From: an uncultured Acidobacteriota bacterium
Lineage (GTDB): Bacteria; Acidobacteriota; Thermoanaerobaculia; Multivoradales; JAHEKO01
Length of the DNA: 64,000 nucleotides
Assembly (NCBI GenBank): GCA_963713825.1
Contig: CAVQNG010000003.1
Span: forward strand, 192,001 to 256,000
Direction: 5' to 3'
Below are positions 19,897-27,974 of this stretch, one piece after another. Made by a program: the position numbers and the translations under genes. The number at the start of each line of letters is the position of its first letter. Within the stretch, counting starts at the first letter, position 1. The notes under the pieces were generated by a model, which worked only from the letters and a program-made list of their open reading frames with translations, ran no database searches and had not been told where the DNA came from.

Positions 19897-20535
19897 TCAG
19901 GAAACGGCCTCGGCCAGCAAATCGTCGCTGATATAGACGATGCCCTGAAACATGTGGCGGGCGGCCTCCAGGAGCCGGTCGGAGTCCTCCTGCGAGAAAT
20001 CGACCTCGTCCATGGTGGCGCGGAAAGCTTGCCAGCGCTCCCGTTGCTCGTCGCCGTAGGGGTCGAGATATCGAAGACCTGGCCCGGGAGCCATACCGTA
20101 GGCGGGCATCAATCCCCGGGCGATAAAGCGCGAGCCGTTGTTGCTACCTTCCAGAACATAGTGCAATCCGAGCAGGGATGTCGGCTGGTCAGCCATCTGC
20201 TCGATCTCGTCGATAAGGCGCTGGGTTCCCGCGAGGGGCTCGATCGAGTCGGGATCGACTTCGAAGAACTCCAGATCCTCCACCAGGTAGGGAACCTGAT
20301 ACTGCCTTTCGTCGACGACCGAGCGAATCGCTTCCGAAGTCTCGGCTGCATTGCGAAGCTGTTGCTCGAGGGCTTTGTGCACCAGGTACATCTGCTCCAG
20401 ATAGCTCACGTAGCGGTCTTTGGGAAGAGAACCCTGGGCAAAAGCGCGCTGGAAGTCGTGATGCTCAGCCGCATCGTGCAGATCTCGGGTCGATTCGCGT
20501 AGTCGCTGCATGACGCTCTGTGTCTCTTCAGTCAT
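19897..20535 (-). CDS. Biliverdin-producing heme oxygenase
   Basis: 'LRESTRDLHDAAE' proximal His and 'YVLEGSNNGSRFI' distal helix. Confidence 0.88.
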   Translation of the reverse strand: MTEETQSVMQRLRESTRDLHDAAEHHDFQRAFAQGSLPKDRYVSYLEQMYLVHKALEQQLRNAAETSEAIRSVVDERQYQVPYLVEDLEFFEVDPDSIEPLAGTQRLIDEIEQMADQPTSLLGLHYVLEGSNNGSRFIARGLMPAYGMAPGPGLRYLDPYGDEQRERWQAFRATMDEVDFSQEDSDRLLEAARHMFQGIVYISDDLLAEAVS

Positions 20536-20587
20536 CGTTCTCCTCCAACCTGGCTCTCTCGAGGAACGGAGAGCTCCTCTCGCCGAG

Positions 20588-20695
20588 TCAATCGCCGACC
20601 AGGACCAGGGCCATCAACGCCACCCCGAGCCAGATCAACCCCTTGACGGTGAAGAAGACCACTCCGGCCAGACCGAACCGTTTCAGCCATCTCAT
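20588..20695 (-). CDS. 35-aa membrane peptide MRWLKRFGLAGVVFFTVKGLIWLGVALMALVLVGD (below the ORF-track cutoff)
   Basis: Translated by hand. GGAGAGG RBS upstream; basic N-terminus followed by a hydrophobic helix; co-oriented directly upstream of heme oxygenase. Confidence 0.7.
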   Translation of the reverse strand: MRWLKRFGLAGVVFFTVKGLIWLGVALMALVLVGD

Positions 20696-20753
20696 CAACT
20701 CGAACGACCTCTCCAATTGCTACTGCTTCTGTCTTTCGGGTCCTAGCCGATCG

Positions 20754-20782
20754 ACCTTATGAGGAGCCGTTGCGGGTGTCAA
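20754..20782 (-). promoter_or_regulatory. Sigma70-type promoter for the peptide-heme oxygenase unit
   Basis: Minus strand reads TTGACA-N17-TAAGGT. Confidence 0.55.
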
Positions 20783-20895
20783 CCTTCTGGGCTCTTTGAC
20801 TGACAAGTCAGGTACTATGAGCGCCAACCGCGCGCCATCGACCTCGACAACTCACTACCCACAACAACCGTCGGAAGAACGATCCGAGGAATCCC

Positions 20896-23817
20896 ATGCT
20901 CAAGTTGACTCGCCTACTGCCTGTTCTCGTTCTCGTGCTGGCAGCCATTCCCGTTCACGGCAATACCTCACTAGGACAGGTGGAGGGCATCTCCACCGAC
21001 GAGCTTTTTCCCTGGGCCTCCTTCGACGCCTCGATTCCGACGCAGGAAGCCGTGACCGGGGTCAAACCTGGTAGTCGACCTCTGAGACACGAGGAGGTAC
21101 TGCGATATTTCGAAGCGCTGGCAGAAGCCTCGTCACGGGCCGCGCTCCAGACCTATGCCCACAGCCACGAAGGTAGGCCCCTGGTACTGCTGGCGGTCAG
21201 CGACGAAGCGACCATCGCCGGTCTCGAGAGCTTCAGGCAGGTCCACTCACAGAGATTGGACCCGCGAGACAGGAGCTCCTCCGAGGATACGGATGCCGTT
21301 GCCGGAGCCAAAGCGGTGGCCTGGATGGCCTACGGGATCCACGGCGACGAGCTGTCGAGCACCGACGCCTCGGCTTCACTGGCCTACTGGCTGATTGCCG
21401 GTGAAGACCAACGAGCCCAGGCAGTGCGCGAAGGGCTCGTCGTGCTCATCGATCCGATGGAGAATCCCGACGGTCGCGAGCGATTCCTGGCGCAGACCGC
21501 TGCCTTCGCCCACAAGGTTCCCAACCCCGACCAGGACGACCTCTCCCACACGACGGTCTGGCCCGGGGGAAGGGGAAATCACTACCTCTTCGATCTCAAC
21601 CGGGACTGGTTCTCCATGGTGCATCCCGAGAGCGCTCGGTCCGAGATCCTGGCTGGCTGGAATCCCCAGATCGTCCTCGACTGTCACGAGATGGGGAACG
21701 ACGCGACCTACCTCTTTTCTCCTCCAAGAGAACCGTTCAATCCGCTGCTCCCCGACTACAGCGGGAAATGGTGGGATCGCTTCTCTGCCGATCAGGCCAA
21801 GGCGCTGGACGAAAGGGGATACAGCTACTACACCGGTGAATGGAACGAGGAGTTCTTTCCCGGCTACGGATCGTCGTGGCCGGCATATCTAGGGGCCCTC
21901 GGGATTCTCTACGAGATGTCCGGCACCGACGGCACTCTGGTTCGACGGCAGGACGGTTCGGTGCGAACCTACGGAGAAGCCGTGGAGCACCAGGTCACGA
22001 GCTCCGTGGCGAACCTCGAGTCCCTGGCTGCCAACCGCCAGGAGTTCCTCGAAGACTTCGTCAGCGCCAGGAGAGTCGCGATCACATCTCCCAAAGGCCC
22101 AGCTCGCGCCTGGCTCCTGCCTCCTGGGCGTAGCCCGAAACGGACCGACGACCTGGCTCGACTCCTGAGACGACAGGGCATCGAGGTCTACCGATCGCAG
22201 ACCAACATGAACCTCGCCGGCCTACGAGACGCTCGCACCGGTGAGCAGACCACGCAGGACCTTCCTGCTGGCACCTGGATGGTGCCTCTGGACCAGCCAG
22301 CCTCACCACTGGCAAGTGTGCTGCTGGACCCTCATGTGCCCATGTCCTCCGCTGCCCTGCAGGAGGAGCGCGAGTCCATCGAGCGTGGTGATGGCTCACG
22401 GCTGTATGACACCACCGCCTGGTCGTTGCCGTTGATCTATGGAGTCGAGTCCTACTGGACGGCGACCAAGCCCGGTGGAGACTGGTCCTTGGAGGCGGAA
22501 CCGGCGGATCGCGTGGGAGGACTGGAGGCTGTTCCCTCCGCCTACGGCTATCTTGCGGACGCCGACGACGACGATGTCATGGGGGCTCTCGCCGCGCTCC
22601 TGCAATCGGGCATTACAGTCCAGGCCGCCAACAAGCCCTTCACGATCGGTGGCAGAGACTACGATCGCGGCACCCTGCTCGTTCGTCGCGAAGGCAACCC
22701 AGACGACCTCGAGAGCCAGCTCGAGACCATTGCCAAGACCTGGGGGGTGACGCTACGCGGGACCTCGACCGCCGATTCCGAGGAGGGCCCCGATCTGGGT
22801 GGCAATCATTTCGAAACACTCCAGTTGCCCAGGGTGGGGGTCCTGACCGGATCCCCTGTCTCTTCGACCGACTATGGCTCACTTTGGTACGTGCTCGATG
22901 AACGGGTGGGGCTCCGCTTCAGCGGCATCGACATCGGCCGACTTCGTTTCGTGGATCTGCAACGCTACAACGTGATCATTCTTCCTCCTGCCTGGGGCGG
23001 CGCCGATGCCTACCGTCAAGCCCTGGGCGAGCCGGGGATCGCGACTCTCAAGGCCTGGATCGAGGGTGGAGGCACGGCAATCGGCCTCGCCGGCGGCGCC
23101 CAGTTCCTGGCCGACTCCGGCATGGAGCTGACCAGGACCCGACTACGGAGCCAGGCGCTGAGTGACTTTCCTCCGATCATGCTCGGAGCATCGGCGCTAG
23201 CGGTTCAAGAGGCATCACCGATGAGGGCCGATGGCTGGTCGGGAACGCCCGTCTCCGACAGCGGTGTGGCTCCGGCGATCGAGGTACCCTCGGTTCTCGG
23301 CGCTGGCGCGAAACCCTTCGCGCCGGCAGCCGCAACTCCAAACCTGATGCCCGAAGGGCTCGAAGACTGGTTCGCACCGGTGCTGCCCTCCGGCCGGATC
23401 AAGCCGAGTGAGGAGGAGACCACGGAGGCCGACGCGCGACTGCGCGCCTTCTCACCGCAAGGTGCACTGCTCCGTACCGAGTTGGCTCCAAGGCACTGGA
23501 TGAGTTGGGGGCTGCCGGACGAGATCGCCGTGCTGCTGGGAGCTTCCGACACCTTCGTGGCCAGCGGTGGTGTGGACATCGTGGCGCGGTTTCCCGAGCC
23601 CGGGCGGATTCACTTGGGAGGTCTGTTGTGGCCCGAGGCGGCAGGCCGCCTGGCACACACGGCCTACGCGACTCGGGAGCGTCGTGGCGATGGTCAGGTG
23701 ATCCTCTTTCTCGATCATCCGACTTTCCGTGCCTGGCCCCTCGACTCGCAGCGGATGCTGCTCAACGCGCTGCTCTACGGCCCGGGCATCGGCACGAGCT
23801 GGCCGCGACCCTGGTAG
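20896..23817 (+). CDS. Secreted M14 zinc carboxypeptidase with C-terminal GATase-like domains
   Basis: Signal peptide, 'HGDE', 'NPDG', 'DLNRDW', 'DCHEMG'. Confidence 0.88.
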   Translation: MLKLTRLLPVLVLVLAAIPVHGNTSLGQVEGISTDELFPWASFDASIPTQEAVTGVKPGSRPLRHEEVLRYFEALAEASSRAALQTYAHSHEGRPLVLLAVSDEATIAGLESFRQVHSQRLDPRDRSSSEDTDAVAGAKAVAWMAYGIHGDELSSTDASASLAYWLIAGEDQRAQAVREGLVVLIDPMENPDGRERFLAQTAAFAHKVPNPDQDDLSHTTVWPGGRGNHYLFDLNRDWFSMVHPESARSEILAGWNPQIVLDCHEMGNDATYLFSPPREPFNPLLPDYSGKWWDRFSADQAKALDERGYSYYTGEWNEEFFPGYGSSWPAYLGALGILYEMSGTDGTLVRRQDGSVRTYGEAVEHQVTSSVANLESLAANRQEFLEDFVSARRVAITSPKGPARAWLLPPGRSPKRTDDLARLLRRQGIEVYRSQTNMNLAGLRDARTGEQTTQDLPAGTWMVPLDQPASPLASVLLDPHVPMSSAALQEERESIERGDGSRLYDTTAWSLPLIYGVESYWTATKPGGDWSLEAEPADRVGGLEAVPSAYGYLADADDDDVMGALAALLQSGITVQAANKPFTIGGRDYDRGTLLVRREGNPDDLESQLETIAKTWGVTLRGTSTADSEEGPDLGGNHFETLQLPRVGVLTGSPVSSTDYGSLWYVLDERVGLRFSGIDIGRLRFVDLQRYNVIILPPAWGGADAYRQALGEPGIATLKAWIEGGGTAIGLAGGAQFLADSGMELTRTRLRSQALSDFPPIMLGASALAVQEASPMRADGWSGTPVSDSGVAPAIEVPSVLGAGAKPFAPAAATPNLMPEGLEDWFAPVLPSGRIKPSEEETTEADARLRAFSPQGALLRTELAPRHWMSWGLPDEIAVLLGASDTFVASGGVDIVARFPEPGRIHLGGLLWPEAAGRLAHTAYATRERRGDGQVILFLDHPTFRAWPLDSQRMLLNALLYGPGIGTSWPRPW

Positions 23818-23838
23818 GCGAGCGGACTTCGTCCGCTC

Positions 23839-23964
23839 GGGGTTGAGGCGTCCGGCGGCGGCCTTCCACCCGTCTTGGGGCTTGGGGTTGAAGCGGCTGT
23901 CGCTTGCTCCTGCCGATCTTTGGGGCAGTGGGCCCCCACTCATTCCCCTAGGCCCCTAAGCCCC
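23839..23964 (+). repeat. Mosaic repeat locus B (X>X>Y>octamers)
   Basis: GGGGTTGAGGCG..TCTTGGGGCTTGGGGTTGA..TCTTTGGGGCAGTGGGCCCCC..CATTCCCCTAGGCCCCTAAGCCCC. Confidence 0.8.
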
Positions 23965-23988
23965 AACAAAAAACGGCCGGCAGAGGCG

Positions 23989-25352
23989 TGTTCAGCCTCA
24001 GGACATAGGTAACACTTTGGCCTCAACACATCGGTAACACTTTTCGAGTGGCATGCTCTGCCTTCAGCAAAGGAGGTGGGGATGCCGTGGAAGGAGACCG
24101 ATGTGCGGAGCGAGCGGATCCGTTTCGTAGTGGAAGCGGCGGGTGGCCAGGAGACGATGCGCGCCTTGTGTGAGCGTTTTGGCATCAGTCGCAAGACCGG
24201 CTATAAGTGGTTGCGACGCTGGGAGCAGGTGGGGTCGTTGGGAGCCTTGGACGAGCATTCCCGCCGGCCTCACCACAGTCCCCGACAGACGGCGGTCGAG
24301 ATCGAGGATCGGGTCGTGGCGCTGCGGCTTCAGTACGGCTGGGGCTCGCGCAAGCTGCGCTGCTTGCTGCAGCGCGAAGGGCTCGCACTGGGTCGAGCGA
24401 CGATCGACCGGATCCTTGCCCGTCGAGGTTTGATAGGCGAGTCCACGCGGTCTCGGCCCGCCGTGCAGCGCTTTGAGCGTTCGGCGCCGAATGAATTGCT
24501 ACAGATGGATTTCAAGGGTCCTTATGAGCTGCGCCATGGCCGGACCTGCTTGCCCTTGAGCCTGCTGGATGATCACAGCCGCTATGCCCTGGCACTGGCT
24601 CCTTTGACCTCCACCCACGGAGCCAAGGTCCAGCGGATCCTCGAGGCGAGCTTTGAGCGCTACGGTGTGCCGGAGGCGATCCTGGTGGATCATGGGACCC
24701 CTTGGTGGTCCTCGACCAATGGTCATGGCTTGACCCGTCTGGGGGTGTTTCTGATTCGTCAGGGAGTACGTCTCGTCTACTCCGGCATCGGTCACCCGCA
24801 GACGCAGGGCAAGGTCGAGCGGTTTCATCAAACGCTCGGCGACTGGCTCTGCCACCACGGCATTCCCGCCACACGCAGGGGCTTCCAGGAGACCCTGGAG
24901 TGCTTTCGTCGGGAGTACAACGAGGTGCGACCCCACGAGGCTTTAGCTCTGGAGACTCCGAGTCAGCGCTACCGGCCCTCCACTCGGCGCTACGAGCCGA
25001 ATCCACCCGCCTGGCAGTACCCGCTCGGTGCCGAGGTGCGGCGGTTAGTCCACAATGGCTGTCTGTTTGAAGCTGGACGCTACCACTTCGTCTGTCATGC
25101 CCTGGCGGGTCGCAGAGTGCGGCTGGAACGGTTTGCAGATCGTATTCTGATCTCGTACCGGCACATGCTGATTCGTGAGCTCGATCCGACGACGGGCAAG
25201 AGTCGCTCCATCCTCAAGCCCTATGGCCCGACCGGGCACGAGGACGGAGGGGGCCCTACGGTCCTACGGACCTCCGGGACCCCTCCCAGCGACTGCTAGA
25301 GTGTTACCCATGTCCTGAGGCCATTGTGTTACCCATGTGGTGGGGCCATACA
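23989..25352 (+). mobile_element. Complete IS481-family insertion sequence with 8-bp target duplication CAGAGGCG
   Basis: TGT...ACA ends; 27-bp imperfect IRs with repeated GGTAACAC transposase-binding units at both ends; direct repeats at 23981-23988 and 25353-25360. Confidence 0.92.
24082..25299 (+). CDS. IS481-family DDE transposase
   Basis: 'MPWKE', HTH 'GISRKTGYKW', 'QMDFKG', 'LDDHSR', 'DHG', 'PQTQGKVERFH'. Confidence 0.95.
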   Translation: MPWKETDVRSERIRFVVEAAGGQETMRALCERFGISRKTGYKWLRRWEQVGSLGALDEHSRRPHHSPRQTAVEIEDRVVALRLQYGWGSRKLRCLLQREGLALGRATIDRILARRGLIGESTRSRPAVQRFERSAPNELLQMDFKGPYELRHGRTCLPLSLLDDHSRYALALAPLTSTHGAKVQRILEASFERYGVPEAILVDHGTPWWSSTNGHGLTRLGVFLIRQGVRLVYSGIGHPQTQGKVERFHQTLGDWLCHHGIPATRRGFQETLECFRREYNEVRPHEALALETPSQRYRPSTRRYEPNPPAWQYPLGAEVRRLVHNGCLFEAGRYHFVCHALAGRRVRLERFADRILISYRHMLIRELDPTTGKSRSILKPYGPTGHEDGGGPTVLRTSGTPPSDC

Positions 25353-25393
25353 CAGAGGCGCCGGCCGCTTCAAGATCTCGAGTCGATCGCTCG

Positions 25394-27607
25394 CTACGGA
25401 GTCGAGCTGGACCAGGAGCTCGTATCACCGCTTTCGAAGCCATCTCTGAAGACGACCGGCGCAGCGCAACCTTCGACCTGAAACGCCCCGACCCTGGTCT
25501 GCCACGGTGCACTTCCTGTGGTCTCCATGTACTCGGTTGTGTACCAGAAAGTGCAGTCGTCAGCGGGGTCGACATCCATCGAGGAGTAGTCGCCCCAGCG
25601 ATTGGCGCTGTGGGTCTGGATCCCTCCTCCCGAGATGTGGAGCGCCTCGGCTTGCAGTGTGCCAAGTGGGTCGCCCGCCTCTCGAACCGCGTAGTAGATC
25701 GACGGAAAGAGGGCGGTAGCGTCATTCACCTTGCTGTAGCCGATAGCGATGTTGCCGGCTCCGTCCATCGAGATGCTCGGCATCCAGCGATCATCCCCAT
25801 CGGGCGCGTGAGTGCCCTGCTGGAAGATCGACCAGCTACTCCCGGCCTTCCGCAGCTCGAACCAACGCGGTGCTGCATGTCCGCTTCTGGGCGTTGCGGC
25901 TGTTGTGTCGACGGTCCAGGTGCCCACCAGCGTCTCGTGGGTGCCGAAGTTGCGGTATTGGAGCCTTTGCATCGGCCACCACGAAGCACTATCGAGACAA
26001 TCCTCGCCGATGAAGTTGTTGCAGGGATTGGATCCAGGCTGTGGCAAACAGGACGATTCGAAGAAGCCACAGACTGTCCAGTTGAAGTCGACCAGGCCCT
26101 GGGCCGGCCTGATCGTTTCGACCTGGGTGAAGGTCGAGAGCGCCGGCGTGGTCCAGTCGACATCGAACTCCCAGATGTCGAGGCTATCGGTGGGCGGATT
26201 GCCAAAGTACGGCTCGCCACCGTCTCGGAAGGTATAGAAGACTCCAGGTGAATCCGCTGGCGGCGGGTTGGGCCCATCGACATCGGCCGGCATGAGCAGG
26301 TTCGGGTGGTTCTGGAAGACCTGCATCGGCCTGGCGGCGACACCGGCCAGCATCTTGTCCCGATCGAGGGCGGCAACGTCGTACTCGCCGCCGAAGCCGC
26401 TGTTGGTGCCCATGAAGTAGGCACTGTTCGCCGGGTCGGGCCATACCCCGATCTTGTAGTAGTCCGGGAATCGCGGAGTCGTCACCGAGTAGAGCCAGTA
26501 GGCACCAGTGGGATCTCCGGTCTGCGAAACGGCGAAGCAAACATCCTGATTGCCGCTCGAAACGGCGAATTGACTGAACACCCAGCGGTCGGCTGGTTGG
26601 TCGTACACGAAGATGGCATCACCATTGTTGAAGACCTGGCAAGGTCCGCCGAAGCCGCTCCAGAGGGTGTTGGTGTCGGAGGGCCCCGCAAGCAAAGCAC
26701 CCGACTTGTCGTAGACCGCAAAGGAGCTATTGACTACCTGCACATAGTGGCTCGGGCCAACCGCCCCTTCGGTGTCCGGTGGTAACACACCGTTGATGTT
26801 GTCGAGGCCTTCGAAGTCGACCACTAGAGCCGGGGTCTGCTTGCTCGGCGTGCGGGCCGCGGACTGGGCCGCCAGACGATCGGGCTGAGTCGGAGCCTGG
26901 GTGCCGTAGCGATTGCCGTTCTCGTCGAAAAGTTCCTCATGCCGTGGTGGGTTGATCTCTTCAACATCCTCCTGGGGCGACTTTCTCTCGGCGATCGGCA
27001 AATCACGGACCGCTAGGCTCGCCACGGGACCTCGCATCTCGTAGAGATAGGGGTTGTACTTCTGCTCCTCGGTCGGGGCAGATCGACTGGCAAAGGACGA
27101 TCCTGTCGGAGCCAGAATCGCCGCCTGGACTCCGGTCGCACCGCTGCGAGCCTCATAGTGCTTCCAGTGGGCTTCATCGTCCTCCTCATCGCGCACACCG
27201 GCCGCGACAAGCCGGGACTTCAGGGAGTGCCCAGAGGGGAGGACGCCGACTCGCGGACTCTGGACCACATCACCGATCGTCACTTCGACCTCCACCTTGG
27301 GATGGGCCGAGAAGACGGACTCCACCGAGTCGAAGGCTGTCGAATCCAGCCGCCCATTTCCGAGCTCGACCTCGAATAGCCCTGCGGTCACCTGAACATC
27401 ATCTTGGCGCTCAGTGAGCAGCGTCGCACCGGTGAGATCCACGTACCGGAAGACCATGTCGAAGGTGCCTTCGAGTGGCTCACCGACCTCGTCGACAGCC
27501 CGGCATTCGAAGCCCACCTGACTCGGGAAGGGACCGGCCAAGGTGGCGGCCGAAGTCAAGAGAGCGGCTCCGATGAGTAGAACAGTCGTGGCTTTGAATC
27601 TCTTCAT
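25394..27607 (-). CDS. Secreted protein with an uncharacterised 'PPD..G.VGP.HYVQ...RWGDYS' domain and C-terminal DGFESGD tag
   Basis: Signal peptide, extra N-terminal beta domain, paralogous to 27975-29717, ends VFRDGFESGDTSSWSSSTP. Confidence 0.85.
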   Translation of the reverse strand: MKRFKATTVLLIGAALLTSAATLAGPFPSQVGFECRAVDEVGEPLEGTFDMVFRYVDLTGATLLTERQDDVQVTAGLFEVELGNGRLDSTAFDSVESVFSAHPKVEVEVTIGDVVQSPRVGVLPSGHSLKSRLVAAGVRDEEDDEAHWKHYEARSGATGVQAAILAPTGSSFASRSAPTEEQKYNPYLYEMRGPVASLAVRDLPIAERKSPQEDVEEINPPRHEELFDENGNRYGTQAPTQPDRLAAQSAARTPSKQTPALVVDFEGLDNINGVLPPDTEGAVGPSHYVQVVNSSFAVYDKSGALLAGPSDTNTLWSGFGGPCQVFNNGDAIFVYDQPADRWVFSQFAVSSGNQDVCFAVSQTGDPTGAYWLYSVTTPRFPDYYKIGVWPDPANSAYFMGTNSGFGGEYDVAALDRDKMLAGVAARPMQVFQNHPNLLMPADVDGPNPPPADSPGVFYTFRDGGEPYFGNPPTDSLDIWEFDVDWTTPALSTFTQVETIRPAQGLVDFNWTVCGFFESSCLPQPGSNPCNNFIGEDCLDSASWWPMQRLQYRNFGTHETLVGTWTVDTTAATPRSGHAAPRWFELRKAGSSWSIFQQGTHAPDGDDRWMPSISMDGAGNIAIGYSKVNDATALFPSIYYAVREAGDPLGTLQAEALHISGGGIQTHSANRWGDYSSMDVDPADDCTFWYTTEYMETTGSAPWQTRVGAFQVEGCAAPVVFRDGFESGDTSSWSSSTP

Positions 27608-27760
27608 TGTCTTCCTCCACTGTGTGCGATTGCTGCAGGCGGCAGGACTTGTGATTCGACCCCCACTCGTCGCACAGGGGGACTGTGCTCCGGGGTCATT
27701 TCAATACAGCCGGAATCCTAACCCTGACTGCGGCACGAGAACAAGCACGGGCGGGAGGAA

Positions 27761-27915
27761 GTAGGGGCGTAGGAGCGCAGGGTGCGAGTCAGCCATCCAA
27801 TTCTTGATCTGCCTCGACGGTGGTAGATCGGGCCATGGGTCTCCCTCGTCGGAGGGGCATGGTCGGGTGGGGCCGCAGACGAGGGGGATCTGTGGTCTGA
27901 TCGGCCGTCTCAACC
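27761..27915. repeat. Mosaic repeat locus C (octamers / Z / partial <X)
   Basis: 27786-27915 aligns with 2722-2851 and shares a 47-nt identical core. Confidence 0.85.
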
Positions 27916-27916
27916 G

Positions 27917-27951
27917 AAAAAGCGGCCAGCCCCAATAGGGACCGGCCGCTT
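27917..27951 (-). terminator. Intrinsic terminator of the 27975-29717 gene
   Basis: AAGCGGCC...GGCCGCTT stem followed by TTTTT on the minus strand. Confidence 0.75.
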
Positions 27952-27974
27952 CAAGGTCTCGAGTCGATCGTTCG

